64,000 bases of DNA, taken from assembly GCA_002402545.1 (NCBI GenBank), contig DHGA01000061.1, forward strand, positions 1,239-65,238, read 5' to 3'. Positions within the stretch are counted from its first letter, which is position 1. Every line of letters begins with the position of its first letter. Below the pieces are notes generated by a model, which worked only from the letters and a program-made list of their open reading frames with translations, had not been told where the DNA came from and did no database searches. Shown one piece after another: positions 17,881 to 26,918 of the stretch. Source of the DNA: Syntrophaceae bacterium UBA4810. GTDB lineage: Bacteria > Desulfobacterota > Syntrophia > Syntrophales > Smithellaceae. The position numbers were made by a program, and so were the translations under genes.

Positions 17881-18892
17881 TTTGATCCGTTCCCGCCGGC
17901 AGGCAAACTGGACACGCTACCTTCCCGGCCAGAAAAAAGGTCACTATGAAAGTTTTTTTCAGCGCGCCAACCACCCGACGCGCCCTCTGGCCTTCTGGAT
18001 CCGTTACACCATCTTCAGCCCTCATGAACGCCCCGCGGATGCCCTGGGCGAGCTCTGGGCTGTCTATTTCGACGGCGAGAATGGCCGCCATGTTACGGTC
18101 AAAAAAGAGGTGCCTTTTCAGCAGTGCTCTTTCAGCACGGAGGGATTTTCCGCCAAAATTGCCGATGCTTTTTTAGAAAACCGCAAACTAAAAGGCGAAG
18201 CGGCTTCCGGCGGCCGTCAGATTTCCTGGAATTTACAATTTGCAGGCCAGGAAAATCCTCTCTTCTTTCTGCCGCTTAACTTATACGAAACCGGTCTCCC
18301 CAAAGCCAAAAGCCTGGTGGGTTTGCCTCTGGCCGTTTACAACGGATTGCTCACCGTGGATGGCCGGGAAATCGCCATCACTGATTGGGTGGGCAGTCAA
18401 AATCATAACTGGGGAAGCAGGCACACAGACCAGTACGCCTGGGGACAGGTGGCGGGCTTTGACGCTGACCCCGATAGTTTTCTGGAAGTGGCTACCGCGC
18501 GTATTAAAATCGGCCCCTTCTGGACGCCGTATATGACGCCGCTGGTGCTTTGCCATCAGGGGGAGGAGTTTGCCCTCAACGGCCTGACACAGATATTTCG
18601 CGCCCGGGGAATGTTTGATTACTTTACCTGGAAATTCCGATCGGAAACGGACTCTGTTTGCGTGGAGGGCACAATCACCGCGCCCAAGGAAGCTTTCGTC
18701 GGGCTCAACTACTACAACCCGCCGGGCGGCAGCAAGCACTGCCTGAATACAAAGATCGCTTCCTGCCAGATCAAATTCACGCGCAAGCTGCAAGGCAGGA
18801 CCGATGATGTAGAAATTTTTTCCACAAAACACCGGGCTGCTTTTGAGATTTTAACCAACGACCGGGATCACGGTATCGAGATCAGCGCCTAG
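17870..18892 (+). CDS. hypothetical protein, possibly tocopherol-cyclase/CrtC-like fold
   Basis: AAGGAGG RBS. HYESFFQRANHP...LAFWIRYTIFSP loosely resembles the FFEGWYF...FAFMYSI block of tocopherol cyclases. Tentative. Confidence 0.35.
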   Translation: MATDLIRSRRQANWTRYLPGQKKGHYESFFQRANHPTRPLAFWIRYTIFSPHERPADALGELWAVYFDGENGRHVTVKKEVPFQQCSFSTEGFSAKIADAFLENRKLKGEAASGGRQISWNLQFAGQENPLFFLPLNLYETGLPKAKSLVGLPLAVYNGLLTVDGREIAITDWVGSQNHNWGSRHTDQYAWGQVAGFDADPDSFLEVATARIKIGPFWTPYMTPLVLCHQGEEFALNGLTQIFRARGMFDYFTWKFRSETDSVCVEGTITAPKEAFVGLNYYNPPGGSKHCLNTKIASCQIKFTRKLQGRTDDVEIFSTKHRAAFEILTNDRDHGIEISA

Positions 18893-18965
18893 GGGTCAAA
18901 GTCAATCACTTACCGTCTAATCAGTCGTTCATCTGGATAGTGCTTTAAGAGCTATGTTTTAATTA

Positions 18966-18993
18966 TTGACATATGGAATCCCCCTGCTACTAT
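18966..18993 (+). promoter_or_regulatory. possible internal promoter (TTGACA-16-TACTAT)
   Basis: Lies in the 130-bp gap before the MaoC-like gene. Confidence 0.35.
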
Positions 18994-19023
18994 GTCATGG
19001 TCAATGACGAAAAGGGGCACTCG

Positions 19024-19899
19024 ATGCATCTTGATTCTTCCTTCGTCGGCACAACTCTGCGCGAATATAAAACTACAGTCCACTGGCGGCATACGATGAA
19101 CTATGCCGCCGCGGTGAACGATCCCAATGAAGCGTATTTTAACGATGAAAGGCCGGAGGGAATTAGCGCCCACCCGATGAATTGCGCCGCTTTAACCTGG
19201 CCCATAACCGAACGGATACAGGATTTTATCGAATCAGAGGATTTCCCAAAGGAGCTGCTTGCAAGGCAGGTGCATTTCACCGAGCATCTGGAATTCCATC
19301 GGCAGGTCGTGCCGGGGGATGAATTGCTGATACAGGGACGCATCGCGGCAATTGAGCCCCACCGCGCCGGTACCCACGTAATAATACGTTTTGACGCGAC
19401 AGACAGAGAGGAGCAGCCCGTGTTTACCGAGCACATCGGCGGCCTCATGCGGGGAATCGAATGCAGGGGTGATGCCCGTGGAATGGATGATGTTCCCATG
19501 GTACCTAAATCTTCATCCGCCGACGTGCAATGGGAATCGGCCATCCCTATCGATAAAATGGCTTCTTTTATATATGACGGATGCACAAATATTTTTTTTC
19601 CAATACATACCTCCAGAAAATTCGCGCGTCAGGTCGGTCTGCCGGATATCATCCTGCAGGGAACCGCGACCCTTGCCTTTGCCGTGAGAGAACTCATCAA
19701 CAGGGAGGCCGGTGGAGATCCCGCGCGCGTTTCAAAGATATACTGCAAGTTTACCGGAATGGTTATGCCCGCATCTAATATCAGGGTACAGCAGACCGGC
19801 AAACTGAACACAGGCGCGGGTATAGATATTTTTTTTGTCGTACTGAACAGCGAAGGACAGAAAGCCTTAAATAACGGCTACATACAGATAACATCATAA
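19024..19899 (+). CDS. MaoC-like double hot-dog dehydratase
   Basis: The two hot-dog halves have the dehydratase-N / MaoC layout. ATG at 19024 follows AAAGGGG. Confidence 0.6.
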   Translation: MHLDSSFVGTTLREYKTTVHWRHTMNYAAAVNDPNEAYFNDERPEGISAHPMNCAALTWPITERIQDFIESEDFPKELLARQVHFTEHLEFHRQVVPGDELLIQGRIAAIEPHRAGTHVIIRFDATDREEQPVFTEHIGGLMRGIECRGDARGMDDVPMVPKSSSADVQWESAIPIDKMASFIYDGCTNIFFPIHTSRKFARQVGLPDIILQGTATLAFAVRELINREAGGDPARVSKIYCKFTGMVMPASNIRVQQTGKLNTGAGIDIFFVVLNSEGQKALNNGYIQITS

Positions 19900-19911
19900 A
19901 TGGAGGGTCAC

Positions 19912-21612
19912 ATGACAAACAGCATTGAAGAACTGAACCTGCCCCTGGTAAATTCCTATGTTGAATACTGGGCAAAAAAAACTCCCGACGCTATCGCGAT
20001 GATTCAGCATGAGGATGACAGAGCCTTTTCGTATAAAAAGTTTGCATCCCTGATCGACTTCTTCGCGTTGAGGCTCCTGGACATGGGCATTAAAAAGGGC
20101 GACACCATAGCCACGCTGCTCGTGCTTCTTCCCGAGCATATCATGCTGATGTACGCGTGTTTCAAAATCGGCGCCATCATCGCACCCCTTGACGTGCGCC
20201 TTCAGGATGATGAAGTCGTGCGGGATATCGATAAGATTAAGGCGAAGGCCTTTTTCTTTCTCGGTAATACGCCGGTAAGGGACTTTCGCACGGCAGGAAA
20301 AGCAGTTAAAGAAAAGTGCCCCTACGTCGAGCATCTCATTCAATTCACACCTGATCCGCAACCGGGCGACCTCATCGCAGGCGCTACCGGCATCACGGGA
20401 ATGATGGATAAAAAACGGCTGATCTGGCTGAAAATTAAAGATGTCATATCGGGCAATCTGAAAAAAGTTTACGCGAATATCGATAAGAGAACCCCCGCGC
20501 TTATTATCTATACCACAGGGACTACGGGCGAACCTAAGCCCGCGCTCCTCTGCCATGAAAATATCATCGTGCAGAACAGAATTCTTTCACGGGGGATAAA
20601 CGTTGATAGTATTAAAATACTGGTGAACCTGCCGCCGAGCCACGTGGGGTGCGTCACTGAAACTTTTATGACCACAATATTTCTGGGTGGCACCGCGGTT
20701 CTGCTCAGAATATTTGATGTCGCCATGAGCCTTGAGGCGATACAGAAGCACAAGATCAATGCGATAGGTCAGATCCCCACTCAGTTCAGGATGATGTGGG
20801 CGCATCCTGATTACAAAAAATTCGATCTCAGCAGTCTGAAGGCCGCGGCCTACGCGGGATCCGCAGTTGATGTTGAATTTCTAAAAAAATTATCCACAAT
20901 GGCCCCGAATATCGGTACGGGCATCGGCATGACTGAAAACGCGGGCTTCGCTACATTCACTCCCGCCGGTATAAGCGTCGAGGAGATGGCCGGTCAGGTG
21001 GGGCGCGCTTTCCCGGACCTCGCACAGGTGTCGATCAGAAAACCGATGAACGCCAACGGGACAGCCGGCAATGAATTGGCAGACGGCGAGATCGGCGAGA
21101 TATGTTATCATCCCCCGATAGTCTTTCTCGGTTACTACGGCCAGCCGGAGGCCACTGCAAAGGCGATATCTAAAGAGGGAATTCTTTATACCGGTGATAT
21201 AGGATGCTTCAAGGACCTGGGCACATACCGGGCTCTGTATCTCGCGGGAAGAGAAAAATTCATGATCAAGCAGAAGGGCTTCAAGGTATTTCCTGGTGAG
21301 GTCGAAGACCATATTTCGAAACTGGATAAGGTCGATGTAGTCGAGGTAATCGGTATGCCGCATTCAATATTCGATGACGGTATTTTCGCCTTCGTAAAAC
21401 CGAAACCGGGAGAAGAGCTCACCGCTCAGGCTGTGATGGAACACTGCAAAGAGATCGCGTCATACAAACGTCCGCAGCACGTAGAAATATGGCCGGCTGA
21501 TAAACTTTTCCCATTGACCAGAAGCACCAAGGTTGACAAACTCGCCCTGAAGAAACTCGCGGCACCGATAATAGAATCGCTCAGAAAAGGGGGCGGATGG
21601 GACGCGTCATAA
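19912..21612 (+). CDS. AMP-dependent acyl-CoA synthetase/ligase
   Basis: IIYTTGTTGEPKPA AMP-binding motif, YTGDIG, and C-terminal K. GGAGGG RBS before the ATG at 19912. Confidence 0.85.
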   Translation: MTNSIEELNLPLVNSYVEYWAKKTPDAIAMIQHEDDRAFSYKKFASLIDFFALRLLDMGIKKGDTIATLLVLLPEHIMLMYACFKIGAIIAPLDVRLQDDEVVRDIDKIKAKAFFFLGNTPVRDFRTAGKAVKEKCPYVEHLIQFTPDPQPGDLIAGATGITGMMDKKRLIWLKIKDVISGNLKKVYANIDKRTPALIIYTTGTTGEPKPALLCHENIIVQNRILSRGINVDSIKILVNLPPSHVGCVTETFMTTIFLGGTAVLLRIFDVAMSLEAIQKHKINAIGQIPTQFRMMWAHPDYKKFDLSSLKAAAYAGSAVDVEFLKKLSTMAPNIGTGIGMTENAGFATFTPAGISVEEMAGQVGRAFPDLAQVSIRKPMNANGTAGNELADGEIGEICYHPPIVFLGYYGQPEATAKAISKEGILYTGDIGCFKDLGTYRALYLAGREKFMIKQKGFKVFPGEVEDHISKLDKVDVVEVIGMPHSIFDDGIFAFVKPKPGEELTAQAVMEHCKEIASYKRPQHVEIWPADKLFPLTRSTKVDKLALKKLAAPIIESLRKGGGWDAS

Positions 21613-21725
21613 AAGACCATCGCCGTAAAACAAAGGATTGAAGAGGGCAATTCGGAGGATATAAAACTTAATTATCTTCAGGGACATCAGGGCTGTTGTC
21701 CCTGATTAGTCCACAGACAGGACTC

Positions 21726-21874
21726 AATCTTTTATTGACACACAAAGCCGACTGTCTTAAATTCGCCTATTAGAAAGCCATGTCGTATCAGAAGTTAGAG
21801 GCAGTTATGGATAGTCCCTCAGGCGAAATCAAAGGAGTGGAATACCGCGAGGAATTTGTTGCGGTTGATGACGC
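21726..21874 (+). repeat. right copy of the direct repeat (native promoter and 5' end of the hydrolase gene)
   Basis: See the left copy. Contains TTGACA(21735)-17-TAAATT. Confidence 0.85.
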
Positions 21875-22670
21875 CGTGCGGCTCAAGGTAATGGTTTTTA
21901 AACAGACTGCCGCGCAGGGCAAAGCGCCTGTTCTTTTTGTATCGGGCTGGGTTTCCGCATTTTCCGGCTGGGCTTCTTTTATCCGGGCGCTGGCCGGCGA
22001 GCGCGATGTTTATTATCTGGAGACAAGAGAAAAGTCCTCGGCGCTAATTGACGAAAAAGCTCCTTTAACCGATGACGACTTCAGTATATTTCAAATCGCA
22101 AAAGACATCATTAAGGTCTGTGAACACTTCAAGATAAACAATCCGCAAACGCTGGCCTGCGGCAGTTCGCTGGGCGCGACATCGCTTTTGGAAGCGCTCA
22201 AAAATGGCAAGCTCAAAGTCGGTGGCGCGTTTCTGGTAGGGCCCAATAGTGAATTCACCGCGTCACGCTTTCTTTTGTGGATTTTATATTTGCACGTCAG
22301 CTTCTACAAGCCCTTCACCTACTTTTTGGTTTGGTATTTGCGCCACTTTCGCGTGGATGCCAAAACGGAGCCCGAGCAGTTAAAGCGCTATAAAGCAATG
22401 CTCAATGATGTTGAACCAAAGCGGCTGAAACACTCCGCGCGATCGGTCATTTTGGGAAAATACCGGGTGTGGAACGATTTGGAAACAATAAAAATCCCTG
22501 TTGCTGTTGCCTACGCGCCTACCGACAAACTGCATAATCTGAATAACCTTTTATTAATCGCCCGGCGTCTTCCTTTCGGAAAGTTGAACCCCTGCCCGAC
22601 AAATCTCTATATGCACTCAGAGCAACTGCTTGATGATATCAACGCCTTTGAGCGGGAAATCCGGTATTGA
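21780..22670 (+). CDS. alpha/beta hydrolase
   Basis: 296 aa with a GSSLGA nucleophile-elbow-like motif. An alternative start at 21807 coincides with the repeat boundary. Confidence 0.65.
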   Translation: MSYQKLEAVMDSPSGEIKGVEYREEFVAVDDAVRLKVMVFKQTAAQGKAPVLFVSGWVSAFSGWASFIRALAGERDVYYLETREKSSALIDEKAPLTDDDFSIFQIAKDIIKVCEHFKINNPQTLACGSSLGATSLLEALKNGKLKVGGAFLVGPNSEFTASRFLLWILYLHVSFYKPFTYFLVWYLRHFRVDAKTEPEQLKRYKAMLNDVEPKRLKHSARSVILGKYRVWNDLETIKIPVAVAYAPTDKLHNLNNLLLIARRLPFGKLNPCPTNLYMHSEQLLDDINAFEREIRY

Positions 22671-22719
22671 ACCCGCACGCATCCTCTCTTCTGCGCGATA
22701 GGCGTCTGCAAAAAACAGC

Positions 22720-23943
22720 TTATGTAATTTCTTCGATACCAAGCGGATACTTAGACATAACTTCACAGCCGTCTTTAACAATAACAATATCATTTTCGTA
22801 GCGAAAACCGATATTCTCTTCCGGCGCGGCATACTGCATAGCGCAGACAACCACTTCATTTTCCTGATAGACATGGTCCTGGTCTGTCCAATAGGGCAGA
22901 TCAGGATTGACCACCGCGCCAATGCGCCACTCGTCGCCGAAAAGGCCGATGCCGTGCTCGCACGCTGGCTGAATAAAGTCGCCGCAGCCGCGCGACTCGG
23001 CGTAGTCCATCATAATCGCGGCAAGCGTTCCGGGAGTGGTGCCGGCCCGGTAATTATCAAGCACTTTCTGAATAATCGCGACAAAATTATCCGCGTGCCA
23101 TCGCTGACGCTTTGTTGCCGGCCCGATCAGATAATTGTGCGAATGATCTCCCAGCGCGAGTTTAAACATCGCGTGAAAATCCAGCATCAGCGGCTCGCCC
23201 GCTTTTATTTCTTTCGTGGTCGGAGGAGTACACGCCCCCAGTCCCGTGCGGTAGCCGCTGGAAATCTCGTTCAGTCCCGCAAAATTCCACTCCGACACGC
23301 TTCCCGCTTTGCGCATCGCCAGCGCGGCAATCCCGGCAATGACTGTTTCCGTCATTCCTTTGTAGCCGCCGTTTTCCAGCGCCGCACGCGCCGCTTTATG
23401 GCCTTCATCAACAATAAGCGATGCGGTGCGAAAACGCTCAATTGTTCCTTTGTCTTTTATTAAAGAAAGGGCGTCAATAATGTCATGGGCGTTTACCCAT
23501 TCAAAACCGGGCAGAGCGTCTTTAAAATGAGTGTATTCCCAATGCGTTAGATTTCCCTCGGCTGTATATGCGGAAATGCCATCTTCATAGCCGAGGCGCC
23601 CTTTATTGATTCCTATCTCATCTTTTATATAATCAGTGATGGCGGAGACCTGATCCATGCCGCCCATTGGTCCGTAGGCGCGAACATGATCACCGTCCAG
23701 CCAGGTCTCGTCTCCTATCCGCAACGCGTCCACGACAAAAGTAAAATAGGTCGGCTGTCCTTCGGGCGGAATAATGATATAACTTCTCCACGGGCAAAAC
23801 GTATCCATGACAAAGCTCATGGTGCGAATGCGCGAACCTAGATACACGTCAATGCCGCGCTTGTGCATTTCGGCCTGTATCGCCTTAACACGTCCGGGAT
23901 TATCGATGTAATATTTGTCTTTCGGATCAAGTTTTCTGGGCAT
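22720..23943 (-). CDS. M24 family metallopeptidase (creatinase/Xaa-Pro peptidase-like)
   Basis: Creatinase-N-like N-terminal domain plus a pita-bread C-terminal domain (DFH...GD.SH...CEHGIG). Confidence 0.7.
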   Translation of the reverse strand: MPRKLDPKDKYYIDNPGRVKAIQAEMHKRGIDVYLGSRIRTMSFVMDTFCPWRSYIIIPPEGQPTYFTFVVDALRIGDETWLDGDHVRAYGPMGGMDQVSAITDYIKDEIGINKGRLGYEDGISAYTAEGNLTHWEYTHFKDALPGFEWVNAHDIIDALSLIKDKGTIERFRTASLIVDEGHKAARAALENGGYKGMTETVIAGIAALAMRKAGSVSEWNFAGLNEISSGYRTGLGACTPPTTKEIKAGEPLMLDFHAMFKLALGDHSHNYLIGPATKRQRWHADNFVAIIQKVLDNYRAGTTPGTLAAIMMDYAESRGCGDFIQPACEHGIGLFGDEWRIGAVVNPDLPYWTDQDHVYQENEVVVCAMQYAAPEENIGFRYENDIVIVKDGCEVMSKYPLGIEEIT

Positions 23944-23955
23944 ATTTAGTCTCCC

Positions 23956-24357
23956 TTAATAATTGGTTGGTATTTTTGCTAAAACTTTATTCAGGCGGTC
24001 GGAAACCGCCGCGAGTTTGAGCGCTTTGGCCAGGTTGCCTTTGAGCTTGAGCTTCCCCGTCATCAGCGCTTTCTGCGCGCCCAGCTCCGCGCGGGAAATT
24101 TTGGCAAATGTTTCGTAATTGCCGGTGATGAGAAATTCCGCCTTGGGCGGCTCGCCCGTGCCTGTTTCCACGCGGGTTACTTTCCCTTCTTTGCATTCGA
24201 CAAATAAAAACATTTCCGCGCCGCTGGGACAGTTTTTATAAATGTTGGACATAGACGTGGTTACATTGTTCATTTTTTCCGGTGTGAGTTCTGACTGAAG
24301 CCTATTGAGCGCTTCATCACGCCATGCCGGGCTCAGGTACGCGTGTTGTTCGGACAT
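23956..24357 (-). CDS. SCP2 sterol-carrier domain protein
   Basis: ...ALMTGKLKLKGNLAKALKL C-terminal SCP2 signature. Confidence 0.7.
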   Translation of the reverse strand: MSEQHAYLSPAWRDEALNRLQSELTPEKMNNVTTSMSNIYKNCPSGAEMFLFVECKEGKVTRVETGTGEPPKAEFLITGNYETFAKISRAELGAQKALMTGKLKLKGNLAKALKLAAVSDRLNKVLAKIPTNY

Positions 24358-24546
24358 GTTATTTTCCTCCTGGCTGATAAGTTATCATATTTTTATGCCG
24401 CAAGCATAGGTTAATGCTTCGCGATATGTCAATGAATTTATATCCTTATTGCTGAATACCTGATTTAGCAGCTAATATTCAGATTTATTTACGATAAGCA
24501 GCGCAATGAGGAGATATTGAACTAAAATATTGGTGGCAATCTTTCA

Positions 24547-24575
24547 TTGACTCTCAAAACCGTGTGTCTTAAAAT
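24547..24575 (+). promoter_or_regulatory. promoter (TTGACT-17-TAAAAT), third copy of the conserved 37-bp promoter box
   Basis: TCTTTCATTGACTCTCAAAACCGTGTGTCTTAAAATC compared with 17619 TCTTTCATTGACACACAAAGCCGTCTGTCTTAATATT. Confidence 0.5.
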
Positions 24576-24626
24576 CAGCTTGTTGAAAAAGGTCCATGGA
24601 AAAATGAACGGAAAGCGTAAAAACCC

Positions 24627-25886
24627 ATGAAATATGTCGGGCAGGATTCTAAAGAAAAAATTGTACAGCGCTTCGCCCAATATGTCAGCCCGGGCAAGGC
24701 GGAAACATTCAAGGCCTACGATATGCAGTTTGTCTTTGGCCGGCGTGAAGGGCCTTATGTCTGGGACGCGGTAAGCGGCAAGCGCCTGATCAACTGTCAT
24801 TGCAACGGAGGCGTCTTCAACTTAGGGCACCGCAACCCCATAATTATTCAGGCACTCAAAGATTCTCTGGATGAACTGGACATCGGCAATCATCACCTGA
24901 TCAGCGAGCAGCGCGCTTTGCTGGCCGAGAAACTGGCGGGGCTGATGCCGGGCGACATCGACTGCACGGTATTCGGCGTGGGCGGCGGCGAGGCGATTGA
25001 TCTGGCTATTAAACTGGCGCGCGGCTACACTGGTAAATTCAACATTATCTCCGCGCAGGGCGGCTATCACGGGCATACAGGATTTGCCCTCGCCACGGGC
25101 GATGAACAATACCGCGCTCCCTTCGGCCCCAACCTGCCCGGTTTTATTCAGGTTCCCTTCAACGACATTGATGCCCTCAGCAAAGCCTTGAACAAAGAAA
25201 CCGCTGCGGTTATCTTTGAAACCATACCAGCCACGCTGGGCATGCCTCTGCCTGATCCTGATTATTATAAGAAAGTAAATGAACTCTGCGCTCGCCACAG
25301 CACCCTTCTGATTATCGACGAAGTACAGACGGGACTGGGGCGCACCGGCAAACTTTGGGGCATAGAAAACTACGACACAGTGCCGGACATCATCGTCATC
25401 GGCAAGGGGCTCTCCGGCGGCATCTATCCGATGAGCGCCACCTGTTTCCGTCGCAAATACATGGACTTTTTTCGTCAAAATCCCTTTATCCACATATCCA
25501 CCTACGGCGGCGCGGAAGTAGGATGCCCGGTGGCGGCCGCGGTGCTGGAAGAATCATCAAGGCCGGAATTTTTACAAAATGTCACCGATCTGGCTTCGGT
25601 ATTTGCGGAAGCTTTTGCCGCATTAAAGAAAAAACATTCACGCATTCTGGTTGGGTTGAGGCAGCTGGGGCTGATGATGGGCATAGAGATGGTCAACGAA
25701 GATTGCGGTCCGCTTATGACCAAGGCCTGCTACGACCAGGGCATACTCGCCATTTACGCCAACAACAATAAACGCGTCTGCCAGCTTCTGCCGCCACTCA
25801 TTATCGACAGCAATGTTGCCGGAGAAATTATTTCCGGCATTGACACAGCGCTCAAAGAAACCGCGGATTTTCTGGGCCTTAAATAA
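24627..25886 (+). CDS. class-III (acetylornithine/GABA-type) aminotransferase
   Basis: DEVQTGLGRTGKLWG and IVIGKGLSGG (PLP Lys) motifs. Confidence 0.85.
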   Translation: MKYVGQDSKEKIVQRFAQYVSPGKAETFKAYDMQFVFGRREGPYVWDAVSGKRLINCHCNGGVFNLGHRNPIIIQALKDSLDELDIGNHHLISEQRALLAEKLAGLMPGDIDCTVFGVGGGEAIDLAIKLARGYTGKFNIISAQGGYHGHTGFALATGDEQYRAPFGPNLPGFIQVPFNDIDALSKALNKETAAVIFETIPATLGMPLPDPDYYKKVNELCARHSTLLIIDEVQTGLGRTGKLWGIENYDTVPDIIVIGKGLSGGIYPMSATCFRRKYMDFFRQNPFIHISTYGGAEVGCPVAAAVLEESSRPEFLQNVTDLASVFAEAFAALKKKHSRILVGLRQLGLMMGIEMVNEDCGPLMTKACYDQGILAIYANNNKRVCQLLPPLIIDSNVAGEIISGIDTALKETADFLGLK

Positions 25887-25905
25887 AAACATTCAGGAGG
25901 CCGTC

Positions 25906-26871
25906 ATGCAAATAGACATCGAACTTCTAAAAGAATTTGAACGTGGGCTTGACCCGGAACACCCGGAGCGCAGCCGCATACCGGCAAAAGTGCTGGGTTA
26001 CGGCGAGATCAGCACCATTTTTGAAATCGACAGCCCCACCACAATGGGCCTGGCCTGCAAACGCATGCCCATTTTTCAGACGGAAGAAGAAATCGCGCAC
26101 TACGCCCGCATCTATAACGACTACAACAACGTGCTGCAAAAAGAGATAGGGATAAACGTGCCGGATTTCGGATTTGTCTGGTTTGCCGCGGATGGCGGCA
26201 AAATAGTGGCTTTTGACCTGCAACGCAAACTGCCCGCCGAATCCATCGGCAACCGCGCCATCCATCTTATGGACAAAGAAAACATACGCGCGCTTTTTGT
26301 CTGTGTGCTGCGCGAACTGCTGAAGGTATGGTCCTTCAACAAAGCTCATCCCTCGCGCGCGTTGGGCATCGACGGGCAAATTTCGAACTGGTCTATCGCT
26401 GAGTTCAGCGCGGAAAAACTTCATATTAATTCCGCCACCAAACTTTTGTATATCGATACCAGCACGCCGCTGATGAAGAAAAGCGCGGTAGAACAGCTTG
26501 ATCCGGAACTCTTCCTGCGCAGCGCGCCGTCTTTTTTACGCTGGCTTATCCGCTGGCTTTTTCTGGAAGGAGTGATGACCAGATATTACGACGCCCGCCT
26601 TGTGACCATTGACCTCATCGCCAATTTCCACAAGGAGCAGCGCCCGGAACTGGTGCCGATGCTTATAGAGGCAGCCAATGAATTTTATAGTACCGAAGGC
26701 AGCCTGCTGGGTCTTGCGCCCTTTACCGAAAAAGACATCAGCGCGTATTACCGCGAGGATAAAACCATCTGGATTGTTTTTCTGGCGCTGCGCCGTCTTG
26801 ACCGCTGGCTGCATAAGTACATTTTACGCAAACCCTACGTCTATATTCTGCCGGGTAAAATCAGGCGTTAA
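25906..26871 (+). CDS. hypothetical protein, possibly an atypical kinase fold
   Basis: GYGEISTIF (G-loop-like), ACKRMP (Lys), IDGQISNW and YIDTSTP. AGGAGG RBS before the ATG at 25906. Confidence 0.35.
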   Translation: MQIDIELLKEFERGLDPEHPERSRIPAKVLGYGEISTIFEIDSPTTMGLACKRMPIFQTEEEIAHYARIYNDYNNVLQKEIGINVPDFGFVWFAADGGKIVAFDLQRKLPAESIGNRAIHLMDKENIRALFVCVLRELLKVWSFNKAHPSRALGIDGQISNWSIAEFSAEKLHINSATKLLYIDTSTPLMKKSAVEQLDPELFLRSAPSFLRWLIRWLFLEGVMTRYYDARLVTIDLIANFHKEQRPELVPMLIEAANEFYSTEGSLLGLAPFTEKDISAYYREDKTIWIVFLALRRLDRWLHKYILRKPYVYILPGKIRR

Positions 26872-26918
26872 TTTTTCCCGCCGTTGTTCGCGCGGTAGAA
26901 ATATAAAGAAGGCGCAAA

